Below the pieces are notes generated by a model. The model was not told the DNA's origin and did not search any database. It saw only the letters and a list, made by a program, of their open reading frames with translations. The position numbers were made by a program, and so were the translations under genes. A DNA stretch of 63,752 nt, the filler included, from Conidiobolus incongruus B7586 (Eukaryota), in NCBI GenBank assembly GCA_000697335.1. It is 10 parts of 10 records of this genome, joined end to end, with 100 filler letters (N's around TTAATTAATTAA, not from the genome) between each part and the next. Parts side by side here need not be neighbours in the genome. Positions count along the whole stretch, not along the records: positions 1 to 15,915 come from JNEM01007023.1; positions 16,016 to 34,084 come from JNEM01007024.1; 8 more parts are not named here. The stretch is one strand, 5' to 3'. This document shows positions 13,085 through 25,866 of the stretch, in pieces. Position 1 is the first letter of the stretch. Each line of letters begins with the position of its first letter.

Positions 13085-14637
13085 ATTATAAATAAAAATT
13101 ATTATATATTTGATTAATGCTAAGCTTTGGATAGAGCTTTTATTTTATATCATTACAACAGATAATTTATTAAAATTGTTCAAAATTATTATTAAAAAAG
13201 TTCAAATCTTATTATAAAATAATAAATTTTTATTTTGTTATATTGAAAAATATATATATATTAACAAACTTAAATATCATAGGAAATTAAAAAATATATA
13301 CTAGAATTTTAAGTATTTTTATATCAATGTTAACAATAATATTATATTCTGATCTATCATTTACAATCTTTTATCTAATGTTAATAGATATAATATTGGA
13401 ATAATCAATTTTTACGATATCATAGTAATTATAGAAACTGATCGATTGTTTGGATTAATTGTATTTTACTTATATTTTTGTCAATATTTTATATTTTGAA
13501 TTAAAAAATGATATATAAAATTTTGAACAATAACATATATAATATATAGAAATATTAAATTCAAAATTTTTCATATGAAAGGTAAATCGTCATATATTTT
13601 GAAACTTTATATCAAATCAATTTCTGAATACAATGTCAACTACTATATTAAAGTTTTTGTTTCTTTTCCTATTATTAAAAATATATCTATTTTACTAAAT
13701 AATTATTATACTTTAAAATTCTATTTTTTGTTAATATATTATGAATTTTGTTTAAAGTTATTTCTACATAATGGACTTAATTAAATAAATATGAATTTCA
13801 TCAACATTCATCTAAAAACTCATTTACAAATATATATTATAAATATTTCATTATTAACTCAACTCATTTTATATTTTAATATATATTAATTGATTAATTT
13901 ATAAATTATGTATATATAAATATATATTTCAGCTCTTGCCTTTTATATATCAAAATATATCACAAATGGATTTTATAATTATTTGCTATTTTTGATATTA
14001 CTGTTAAAATAAAAGTGAAAAATATATACCATCTAACATTAAAATATTTTTATTAAAATTTTTTTAATTTAGATTTATTAAGTTAAAAATGAAATTAAAT
14101 ATTAATTACTAATTAATATAATCATTTAATTAAAGCTCTATGGTTAAAAAATGGATTTATTTACTCAAGTATCAAAAATTTTTATATAATAAAAATCATT
14201 TAATAATATTCAATTATTGACAATATTAAACAATTAAAACTATTTTTACCTGCCTCATAATTATCATAATTTAATAATATTATGATTCTATAGAATATAA
14301 CTAAATATATATAATAACAAATAAATCTAATATTTAATTATATTTTTTGATTACATTTGACAGTATTCAAAAAGTTTTTAAAAATATCTAGTCCAATTCT
14401 TATCATATTTATATTAATCAGATTGGATTTAATAAAATATAATTAAATATAGAACTCATAATATGATATTTTTGAAATTTATTAAATATTACCATCAAAT
14501 TAGATATTAGATTTTGTTTAAAGTATTTCATATGAAATCTATTGAGAAAATAGAGTATTAATATAACTATCAGGTAAATTTTCTACTTTAATAATTTTTG
14601 CTAATATGTATATATTTTAAATTAAATTATTTGGATA

Positions 14638-15915
14638 TTACTTTAAATTTGAAATAATAGGAAATTTTTTAATTTCTAATTTTTCAAACATATTATTAGT
14701 TTGAAATAAATAAATATATACAAAGTTAATAGGAAATTATATATTTTTAATATATATATATATATTAGTTTTTTTGATTAAAAAATTAACTTTTTAAAAT
14801 TGGTTGTTTAATTTAATCATATTTAAACCAAATAGTAATCATCAAAAGTTTTTTATTTTAGTATTAGTAAAACTTAACCATAAACCCTCTAAAATTATTT
14901 AAAATTTACAAGCAGCTTTTAATAATAAAGTATTATTTAAATCAACAATTTATTACTAGGTAAATTATTTTAAAGCTAAAAGAGAAACTATTCAAAACCT
15001 GTTAAAATCTAGAAAACCAACTTTAAATATTATTTTTTTAATTGTAAATAGAGTGAAAAAATATATTAAAAAGCATTTTTTTATTTCAGTTAAAGAATTA
15101 TCTAAGTACTTTAATATTAGTTTTATAAGTATTTTATATATTTTAAAGTTTAAACTAAAATTAATAAATAAAAATATAAAATAGATACCTTATAATTTAA
15201 CTAAAACTTAAAATAAAACTAGAGTAGCTATTATTAAACAAAACCTATTAAAATATTACTAGAAGCTTAAACTTTTATAGTAAATAATTACAATTGATGA
15301 ATCTTAAATTTTTATATATAATCTTTTACTAAAACACAAATCAAAATGCTAGATTAAGTTAAATCAACCCCTTTTATAAATCCCTTTAAATAAACATTTT
15401 GTTAATAAGTGAATGTTAATTATTATAATAAATTATAATAGTATATGTTATTCTTATTTAATTTTTAAAGGAAAATTAATTAATAATAAATTATATATTG
15501 CTTTTTTAAATAAAAGTATTTCTAATTAGTGTTCTCAATATAATTTAAGAAAACCTATTATTTTACATGATAATTATAAAATACATAAATCTAAAGCTGT
15601 AAAAAACTTTCTAATTAAAAATAACTGGAAAAAACTACCACATCTAGTATATTCTTTTGATTATAACTTATGTGATTATAATTGCTTTAGGTAATTAAAA
15701 AACTAGTTTACAAGAAAGAAAATTTCTACAGGAAAATTTAATTGGTTTGTGAAACATTAAATTTTAGTCTTTAATAAAAAAACTATTTTTTAAGTGTTAG
15801 AAGTTTGTTAAAAGTATAGCAAAAAGTTATGAATAATAAAAGAAACTATTAAATTTATATTATATATTTATTTTTATATATTATATATTCAAATGTTTAT
15901 TTATTTTTAATTGTA
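14638..15915 (+). mobile_element. near full-length mariner (DD34D) element with mutated transposase, truncated by a gap inside the right end
   Basis: TA at 14636-37, then left TIR. Pseudo-ORF 14819-15852 carries an HTH (T.Y.W...FK.....D..KSG.P), WVPH-like motif at 15182, D1 (IITIDES) at 15296, D2 (LHDN) at 15569 and D3 (CDY) at 15674. All are in one frame, with 34 residues between D2 and D3. Confidence 0.92.
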
Positions 15916-16015
15916 NNNNNNNNNNNNNNNNNNNNNNNNNNNNNNNNNNNNNNNNNNNNTTAATTAATTAANNNNNNNNNNNNNNNNNNNNNNNNNNNNN
16001 NNNNNNNNNNNNNNN
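15916..16015. other. assembly gap linker N44-TTAATTAATTAA-N44 (also at 34085, 38428, 40769, 42181, 43488, 45795, 49946, 62500)
   Basis: Identical 100-bp block repeated nine times; the 12-mer has stops in all six frames. Confidence 0.98.
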
Positions 16016-16326
16016 ATTATTTTTTAATATATTTTTTATTTTATTAATAATTAAAAAAATAATAGTTAAAATTAATTTTTTAAATTTTCAAAAGTTTCAA
16101 ATAATTTTATTTTTTAGATTGATTTAAAGTAATTTACTTAGTGATAAATAGTTGATTTAAATAAATTATCATTTTTAAATGCTGTTTGTAAATTTTAAAT
16201 AATTTTAAAAGACTTATGGTTAAGTTTTATAAAGACTAAAATAAGACTTTTAATGACTATTATTTAGTTTAAATATAATTAAATTAAATAATAAATTTTA
16301 AAAAATCAATTGATTTATGAAAAAAA

Positions 16327-16357
<31 letters not shown>

Positions 16358-16426
16358 TCTGAAACTAATAATATATTTGATTTTTCAAATATTAAAAAAT
16401 TTCCCATTTCTTTAATTCCGTGTTAA
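16016..16426 (-). mobile_element. mariner element 5' fragment
   Basis: Colinear with 1-290 and inverted relative to 14638-15070. Left TIR ends ...TTTAATTCCGTGTTAA at 16426, then TA. Confidence 0.8.
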
Positions 16427-17716
16427 TATTTATATTTAAATCTTAAAATTACAAATAATTATCTTGATTCTGATTTTAATATATATACTTTTTCATATAA
16501 TTCAAATTAATTGAATTTATTATAGAGAAGAATTTTTTAAATTGTCAAGCATATATAAAAATAATGTAAGCAAATACAATATTATAAAGAAATAAGTACA
16601 TGTATTAAATCATCAATTAATATTATAATACTAGATACAAAATATGGCAAAAAATCAACTTTTAATTGAAAATTGACTAGATACTCATTATCTATACTAA
16701 GATATAGGTTTTAATATAACTTGGTATTGTGAAAGTTAATCATTTTCAGTTTAACTGTAATATCTTATTTTCTCAGAAAAATAAATTTGGAAAAGTTATA
16801 ATCATAATAGTTTTAAATATAAATATAAATATAAATATATTAAATAATATTGAAAATTTCGGAATAATTAGGATAATTTTGTGAAAATTTGATAAAAAAG
16901 AAAAATAAAACTAAAAAAAATTAAAATAAATTAAATTTTAAATAATAGTGATAAACTGTTCAATAGTGGATATTAATTTCAGCCTAATCACTCTATTTAG
17001 TTTGATAGATTTCAAAATTTGTAAATTCTCATATCGGCAACTCTCGTCATTAAATTCTTGTAATTCTCAATTAAATAATCCACTTGACATATATTCTCAA
17101 GATAATTAGTTCAATGTTGGATTGAATACTAAATCAGGGTTTAAGATTTATCAATTGTTGAACATTATGATGGATAAATATTAAATAATTCTAGATAAAT
17201 CTATATTATTTTACATATTATATCATTTATTAAGAGATTGAAATTAGAACTTGTATTTCAATTTTAATTTTAATTATAATAAATTGGTGATGATTTGATG
17301 AAAATGTAAAAATATATAGCACATACTGATGCTAGTTAACTTAAGTATACTATTGCTACAACAAATAAAAAACTTAAATATATATACATTAATATAGTTT
17401 ATATTTATACATTTTTATTTAATATCATTGTAAAATCAAACTGTTAAATATTAATAAAATGAAATTCAATAATTTTCAATTTGTAAAATATTAATAAAAA
17501 ATATTTAAAATGACTTGAGCTAATATGAATTTATTTGATATTTATAATATATTAAAATATTCAAATATTAGTATTGTGTGTAATAAGTACAGTGAATTTA
17601 TTTATAATGTTCAATGAGCATAATGATTAAAATTGACAATATCAAAAAATAAGAATAAATATATAAAACTATGTATTATATAATCCATTAGCTAGTATAA
17701 ATATGGCTCACCTGAG

Positions 17717-19688
17717 CTAAGCGTCAGGATGGCCAAAATGATACATGTCAGGCATTTGAGTTTTATGGTGTGCGCGTTGTAATTGAGAAATCCATGGTTT
17801 CAGGACAGGCCATAGGGAACTCAAATAAATTGCCTCTTGTTCACAAAACTCGTAGCAACTCTTACCAAAAGGAGAAAGATCGTGAAGAAAATGCTGGGTG
17901 AGAACTCCAAAAGTGAATGCAAGTGTTGGTGTTATTGAGCATACCTGTCGATAAGTTTGATTCAAATCTGGATTAGTTGAATATTTCAACTTAGTATACA
18001 ATTGAATGGTGTTAATTGCAATACATTGGCATGTATTTTGAAGCTCATAAAGTAAAGTAATAGTCATATCAGGAGTTAAATGTGGTGAGTTTGATGCAGG
18101 GTAGATATGATAAAACTGCTGAAGCATTTGACATATTTTAATATAAGAAATGCGGAACATAAGGCTCCTGATTATGATAGAGAATAACTCTTGCTTGTCA
18201 TCAATCACACTCTCATCAATTTGGAAATCAAATGGAAGAATCCACCCGCTCATCTGGATATCTCGAGCCTTTGTATAAAGATAGTCCAGCTCATCTTTCA
18301 AACCCTGGATCCCATCTTTGGTCTGTGATCTGGTGTGAAATTGTCTTGATAGAATCTTAACATGATTGACAAAGTTGGCAATGCAGTAGAATATGCGAGA
18401 TTGAATAAACAACCTGTAATTAATATCCTATATAAAAAATTAACACAAATTATTATGCATTTAATAATATAAAATTACTTCACAAAATCTTTGATATATA
18501 TCAAAATCTGGAAGTTTATCAGTGATTTGAATTGTTGATTTTTTGATGAGGGCTGGTAAATCTAATTCAGCACTGTGTAAGCAATCAAATGTTAGACAAT
18601 TCATCCAAAGGAGACATTCTTCAAGAAGATTTGGATCAAAATTTTCACTGTTATTGTAACAGATCTGGTCAAGACCAAGCATTTGAGAAATTCTAAAGTT
18701 TTAAATAATAAATGTTAAAAGGCTGTTAATAATTGAAATATAGTGTAAAATAATAACCTAGTGGCCTTATCTAAATAAACAAAAATTAGAATCGGAAAAG
18801 TAGGAATTAGGTTTAAATTTACTTGTAGAGTTAACAGACTGAAGAACCCAACCACGGCTCATTTCAATTAACCCGACAAGAGCGTGAGCTTGAGCCAGCT
18901 CAATAGTAGGCTCTTGAAGCTCATTACTTAGAATATATTTGGCGTAAAAATAGAAGGGATTGTGAGAATGAGTATTAAGGCCCTTTTCAAAGTAGTAAAT
19001 CCTTAATGCAATAGATAGTATGGCATTAAGTAAAGCGGACTCTTTGATACTTTTAGTAAATAAAGCTTTGGTATCTATTGGCATTATTAAAGGGAAACTG
19101 TACAGTAACTTAGCAATAAAAGTCTGAAGAAGTTGAGTACAGAATTCGTTGTTTTCTGAAAAGGCATGAGAGAATTTGCTAATAATATTTGCATAAATAT
19201 ATACCTATGTTAAGGGTAGAGCTAACTAAACTCATCTCACTGTCCGCAGGTGGGGACATATATAGAGACTCAACCTGTTGTTGGATAAATTTGGGGACCT
19301 TATAAAAAAATTCATTGTCTTTTAAATTCAACAAAGAAAACTGTATGTAATTTTTAATGATATCATAATCGTCTTGTAAATCGATGGTATTAATGCTGGC
19401 ATTGGAAAGCTTTTTAACTAATTGAGTCACTTTGTCAAATGTAGCTTCTAATTTAGCCTCTTTCTCCTTCAAATTGGTAAACTTTGGTTTGATATACTTT
19501 GGTTTTGCCCTTGGTTTACTTGCTAAGTATATACATTCTGCATTAGCTGCTTTGCATCGCTTGCAGGGCTCTTCGGCAGAACACTTCAACTTAAACCCGC
19601 GACATCTTTGACAAGCTTTGGATACTCGGACTCTCACATGATCCTGGGGTTTGGGAGAGTTGGATGAGGTAGGAGGTGAGTGATTCAT
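17717..19688 (-). CDS. Zn(II)2Cys6 transcription factor with fungal middle-homology region; 5 exons (19688-19205, 19155-18823, 18770-18758, 18692-18479, 18427-17717)
   Basis: CQRCRGFKLKCSAEEPCKRCKAANAEC is a Zn2Cys6 cluster. GT-AG introns join the four listed ORFs in frame; a 13-nt microexon restores NKATRISQMLGL. Confidence 0.88.
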
Positions 19689-21198
19689 TCAATATATGAT
19701 TAATAGATCAATGAATTCAACAATAATTATGTATAAAACTAAATCAAAATTAAAGAATAATTTAATGATTTAATGATATTAAATAACTAAATTTTACAAA
19801 ATAAAATTAATCAAACAAATTAAAATTTGAATCTGTATTTTTTAAAAATATGGATCTGATAACTTAAATTAAACCTTATAAACCAATAGAAAATATTAAA
19901 GGAAAGAAATTATCAGATGGAATAAAAGAAGATACTCTAAAGCATATATTGCACCGAAATCTTAATTTATTTTACTTTATAACTAGTTTTTTAGTTTCTT
20001 TGTTTTTATTTTTAGTAATCAATTTAATTAGTTTTCCTTTCAAATTGAATTGTAATTTTAATGCTATCAATTTTTGATGATTTATCAAGGCCCGACTAAT
20101 TTATCATTATGTAATAATGGATGATCCTCTCTGTATGGGAAAATTAAAATACATTTTCTAATTTGTGATATTTGACTTAAAATATTTATTAAGTATGATA
20201 TAATAAATATTATAAAGTTTTATTTATTTAATACAAATAATATTAAAATATAGTATAAATCCCTATTATACTGGAACTATTTATCCAATATAATTTCTCA
20301 CATAATCAATTGGATTAATGAAAAATTCAAAAATTTGAATAATTAATTATGTATATAATATTAACAGTAATTTGAACTTTTAAAAATCATTAGATCCTTC
20401 ATAATATTCACCTAAACACTCCATAGTTAGAAAATATTAAGCAAAAAAGCATCAATTCTCTTACCAATATCTAGATTGTTAATATAATGGTGAACCAACG
20501 AGAATAGAAAACATATTTGAAATCCAAGTGAAAATTAAATATTATATATATATATATATATATTATAGCAGTTTGGAATTAATTCTTAACTAAAAATTAT
20601 TAATAATATAAAAATATGAATGATTTTTAGTTTTAAAAATTTTATTCATAATAACAATTTTACACGTCATAAATGAACTATCCTGAAAAGTCAAAATGTT
20701 AAACAATCCTTATTTACCATTTAAATCAACACTGAATTGCAATTTCCTTATAATTTAATGAATATAATTTATTTAACCACTAGTCCAAACTTAAGCCAAT
20801 TAAAAAAGGCTATCAACAATTTTCTGGTAAAGTGGAGATTGAGTTTTAGTTTATCTTGCATTTCATTTAATTAAAATATGAGGTAATTTTCTAAACAATA
20901 TGTGATTGTGATTCAATTATTTTCCTGAAATTGATTTAAGCTCTTTTACAAGAGAAATAGAATTTGAATTGAAGCAACAAAATTATAGTAGAGCAATTGT
21001 AGTAAATACTAAGAGCTATTTGCTTAGAGAATTGATAAGTCTTGGTGATGTCAATTTAAATAATGTTTACCAAATTTCAAAGAGAATGACAGTCTAGGAT
21101 AATACTAGGAAAAGACTTTATCAATACTAAATTTAAGGTTATTTAAAGCCAAATAAAAATATGATTTCATATTGTTTATTAATGTTAGCTTCATTTTA

Positions 21199-23070
21199 AT
21201 GACAATAACTATTATAATAGATTCCAAAATTACTAAGTGGTGCTGAAAACGTAAAAAGTCTAAATTAAAGTGTAATGGTGGTAGCCCTTGCCAATGAGGT
21301 TTAAAATTTTTGTTTGAATACATTTATATAGCTAGTAAAATAAGATCAAAACAAGCAGTTACCAATCACAAATTTTATCAACTATAATATAAAGAGAAGA
21401 AATTATATTCCACATTTGATAAAGTGAACCAATACTTTAAACTTACTAAAAGATTTACACCCGTTTCAGATAAAAGTGATACCAAAAGTAATTGTAATAG
21501 CGGTGATAGTAAAATTAGAAGTTTGAGATTTTTATTTAAGATTTGAGCGAAATATCTTCTCCCTTATATTTTAATAATTTTAATCATATAGACAAAATTA
21601 GTCATTTAGCATGTTTAGAAGTTGCTTCAACCATTAGAAATGATAATTTTATTCCAAGTCAATCTATTTAAATTTTAACAATTATTTAATATTATTCAGT
21701 ATGACAACAAATTTACAAATTATTATTCGACTTGTGCGAGACGAACTATTATTTTTACTTTTAACGTTTTTTAAAACTTGGAAACTGATATATTCTGGAA
21801 TAAGTCAGCTATGGCAAATGTAATATTTGTTATGGTTTTGAAAATTTGTTAGGCCCAAATGAGCAAGTTCCAAATACACCTAAAACCCTTTTTCTGTGAA
21901 CAGGCTATTTTATCCAATCAAATTTTCTATTTGTGAATACTATTAAATATACTCAAACTCACTTGAATTTCGCATGTTTAAATGTTATTGGTTTATTTTC
22001 AAAAGGTGCATTTATTGTCAGTAATTGAATTAATTTTGATGATTTGGTTGTTTATTAACTATATATAATGCTAATTATATATATATATATCAAACACAAA
22101 AGTAACCAAAATATTCCTGATATGAATAATGAATATTGATATAGAAATATAATGTTACATTCACTTGGATTAGGTAAGCTTTGCTATGTAATGGACGAAA
22201 ATTTCACTATAAAAATGTTCGGAGTACTTTGATATGGTTTTATTGTCTTGCACTATATTTAATTCAAATTTGTAATAACAATTTACTATTTTTCGTTGCT
22301 AAAGATTCCATCAGATAAATTTTGACTTTACTAGACATGGGAGATTGAAATTTCATCATATTCCAGAGTGATTCATTTTTAACAAATGATTAAATAATCC
22401 ATTATTTAAGACTAGAGAAATTTCAATATTTCAAAAACTAAATTGGATTATCATTTATCTGCTATATTAGCTCGATTAAAGTAATAGTCTCGAAAAGTCG
22501 ATAATCCCGGATACGACTACTGTCAACTTGAATTTTATAATGAGCTGGTTAAACTGTTTGAACTTTGAAATATTATCAAGTCAGTGGATGGTTTTTCCCT
22601 AGTGTCTATACCATTCAAATCACTGATTGCTCAGATAAACAAATGTTATTTATCTGATTCCACAGATTTGTTATGCTTAGATGCTGGTTTATGGTGTATG
22701 CGATTCCATCCAAAGGATTTGATCCAATAACGTTGAATTATGCCCAAGTCTTCAAGGCATCAGTAACCCATACTCTTCTCTTTATTTTTATCAAGGCTGT
22801 ATTCACAGAACATTCAAGATATTTTGGGGATTTTTTACAGATTAAAATACCATCCAACTCCTGAATTTAATAAAATTGACAAATTATTGTATATCAGTAC
22901 ATCAATTTCAGCTTTTGCATTCACAATAATGTAGGAGTATTTATCACCCGATTTACCTCCCTTCAGTCGAACTTGCTTCGAATTCAGCTATTTGAAGCTC
23001 AGGGACAGGGCAAAATTTGGGGAGTAATCTGGGTCCGAGTTCAGCAGCTTGAAAAGCATCATAAAAAGTA
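21199..23070 (+). pseudogene. full-length pseudogenised paralogue of the Zn2Cys6 TF at 17717-19688
   Basis: ITKWC*KRKKSKLKCNGGSPCQ*GLKFLFEYIYIASKIRSK...KEKKLYSTFDKVNQ aligns without gaps to VSKACQRCRGFKLKCSAEEPCKRCKAANAECIYLASKPRAK...KEAKLEATFDKVTQ. Further colinear blocks: SAMANVIF (~21805), QVSGWFFP...DKQMLF (~22580) and DLPPFSRTCFEF (~22950). Contains stops and frameshifts. Confidence 0.85.
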
Positions 23071-23328
23071 TATTTTCGTAAAAAAGAGTTCATCAACAGC
23101 TAACTTTGCATTATTAAATATCAAATAACAATATTAAAAAAATTTACAATTAAACATTTTCTCAAAATTTCACAGACCACTTCTCAATTGTTCAATATTT
23201 CATCAGCCAATTCTATCATATGATAATTTAAAATGCTTTTCAATTGAGTGAATTGATATATTGCATTTTATAACTCTTCCTTTCATAAATTTTATAACTT
23301 GTTAAAATATATAATACATTAATTAAAA

Positions 23329-24327
23329 ATGGTTAAAGTTGCTGTATTAGGTGCTGCTGGAGGTATTGGTCAACCTCTATCTTTATTACTCAAATTGAAT
23401 GCTGACGTCACTCACCTTTCCCTCTACGATATTGTTAATGTACCCGGAGTGGCTGCCGATCTTTCACACATCAATACCAAGTCTAAAGTAACTTCTCATC
23501 TTGGTCCAGAAAACTTAGCTGAAGCCGTCAAAGACAGTCACCTAGTTATTATCCCAGCCGGTATCCCTCGTAAACCAGGAATGACTCGCGATGACCTTTT
23601 CCGAATTAACGCTGGTATAGTTAGAGATCTCGCCATCGCAATTGCTAAGCATAGTCCTCAAGCATTTGTATTAGTGATCTCCAACCCTGTTAACTCTACA
23701 GTACCTATCGTTTCTCAAGTTTTCAAGGATTTGGATGTCTACAACCCCAAAAAAATCTTTGGTGTGACTACTTTAGACTCAGTTAGAGCTTCTTCCTTCG
23801 CCAGTGAGGTGAAAAAGGAAATCGATCCTGCTTTGACTAGATTACCCATCATTGGAGGTCATAGTGGTCCAACTATTGTCCCCTTATTTTCTAATATCCA
23901 TCCCCAGCATTCTTTCACTCAGCAACAAATTGAGAAACTTACTCACCGCGTTCAATATGGAGGTGACGAAGTTGTTAAAGCCAAAGGAGGTGCTGGATCT
24001 GCCACTTTAAGTATGGCTTATGCTGGAGCTAGATTTGCAAAAGCCATCATCGATGCTGCAGTTCACAACCAATCTATTATTGAATCTGCTTATATCAGTC
24101 TCGATTCAGATACTCTTTCCAAGGGCAAGGCCCAGGCTTTGGTAGGCAACATCGAGTACTTTGCATTCGATGTTGAAATCACTGCTCAAGGCGTCAATAA
24201 GATCATTGTGCCCCAAAGTGTTACACCCTATGAGCAAAAATTAATCGATGCAGCTGCCAACGAATTGAAGGGAAGTATCGCTAAAGGTATTGATTTTGTT
24301 AATGTTTCTAAACAATCTAAACTATAA
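23329..24327 (+). CDS. MDH3: NAD-dependent malate dehydrogenase, peroxisomal (C-terminal PTS1 SKL), 332 aa
   Basis: [37 protein letters not shown] and SATLSMA motifs. No mitochondrial presequence; ends in SKL. Confidence 0.95.
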   Translation: MVKVAVLGAAGGIGQPLSLLLKLNADVTHLSLYDIVNVPGVAADLSHINTKSKVTSHLGPENLAEAVKDSHLVIIPAGIPRKPGMTRDDLFRINAGIVRDLAIAIAKHSPQAFVLVISNPVNSTVPIVSQVFKDLDVYNPKKIFGVTTLDSVRASSFASEVKKEIDPALTRLPIIGGHSGPTIVPLFSNIHPQHSFTQQQIEKLTHRVQYGGDEVVKAKGGAGSATLSMAYAGARFAKAIIDAAVHNQSIIESAYISLDSDTLSKGKAQALVGNIEYFAFDVEITAQGVNKIIVPQSVTPYEQKLIDAAANELKGSIAKGIDFVNVSKQSKL

Positions 24328-25866
24328 ATCGTAATCCTATTATAAATCATTTTTTATTTAATATAATAATGATCACTAACTTTTAACATTGTGTTGATTT
24401 TAACACTTTAGCAAGGTTTTTATAACAATGTTTTGTCTTTCAACTTTATCAAATCATTCAAGATTATTCAATATCACTAACAAATTTAAAATTATTTTCC
24501 ATATTAGTGTTTCAATATTAAGCTTATAATAATTCTTATTAGTTTTTAATCAATTTCAATCAATTTTTTATTCAATTATTTTAAATTTATTGCAATATCT
24601 TCAACCAATTTTCAAAATCATTTCATTATAATTATAAATTTTTATTAATCAAAATAATATTTTATCAAATAAATAATATCTATCGTTATATTTTGTGACT
24701 ACTTTTTTACAGTATTTTTTTTATTCAATAATTAAAAAATTGATAGTATTTTCAAAATTTTATTTTTAGATTTAAGACTTCCAACTTGGATCAATTATTT
24801 ATTTAAAATTTTCTTGTTAATCTATAATAGAATGGACAAAGCCTAATATTATTCTATAATGTTTATACACAACATTTGCCACTATGGTATATTTATTATA
24901 ATGTATTTTTTTCATATAAATAATTTTTTTTGGAAAATGTATTAATATTGCACTGGATGATATATTTTATTAATACAAAATTGTTTTGAAATTTATTATT
25001 AAAATATGTATAAAGTAAAAATAATTATTGTTCAAACTATATGTTACTTTAAATAATTCTTAGACATAATTTAAATTAATATATAAATATAATCACTATC
25101 GATATTTATCTCAAAGCTAGAAATTTAATGATTATCATATTTTATGTATATAAATAAATTAATTTGATCAATATTTATGTGATAAATTTTAAATTTTTTA
25201 ATCACTAAACCTATCTACAATCCTCAAAATTACTTTGATAACATAAAAACTTTAGTTTTGAATTATGTTGTTTATTATATTAAAGTGGTTTAACATCAAA
25301 TACCAATATGTTGATATTATTAATTAATTATAATCATTTCATTTATTTTTATCCCCAATTTCTATAAATAATGACTGAATTTAAAATATATAATATTTTT
25401 ATCATCAAATTTCATTGTTAATATATTTACCACCAACAATTTGGTTTGATTGGATATACACTCCACAGAATACACATATTTTAAATAAAACATATATAAT
25501 TACCTGAGAATCTAGAGAATATTGTAAAGAATATATACTTTTTTAGTTTAAGATAATTAAATATTAAAATAAATAATAAATTAAAATTTTATTAAATTAA
25601 TATTATATTTTTTTGATTTTGGATATTATATATTTATATACATAAAAAGTAAGTTGATTTGAAATGTATCATGAAATAATATAAGAATTTCACTAATATA
25701 CATAAAAAAGCAATTTACATCAACCTGAGACTGTATATTATTAATACAAGTGATTGCTTTGGACAACTTCATAAAGCTACATTGAAAATTATCAAAGCTG
25801 AATCCAACTGATGATCCCACAATTTTTTCAATTTGTATCACCTATATAATTTCTCCTTTAGATTGT

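Noticed and set aside
20910..21097. ~60-codon stop-free plus-strand frame (FPEIDLSSFTREIEFELKQQ...) before the TF pseudogene
   Set aside because: No start codon, splice support or recognisable motif.
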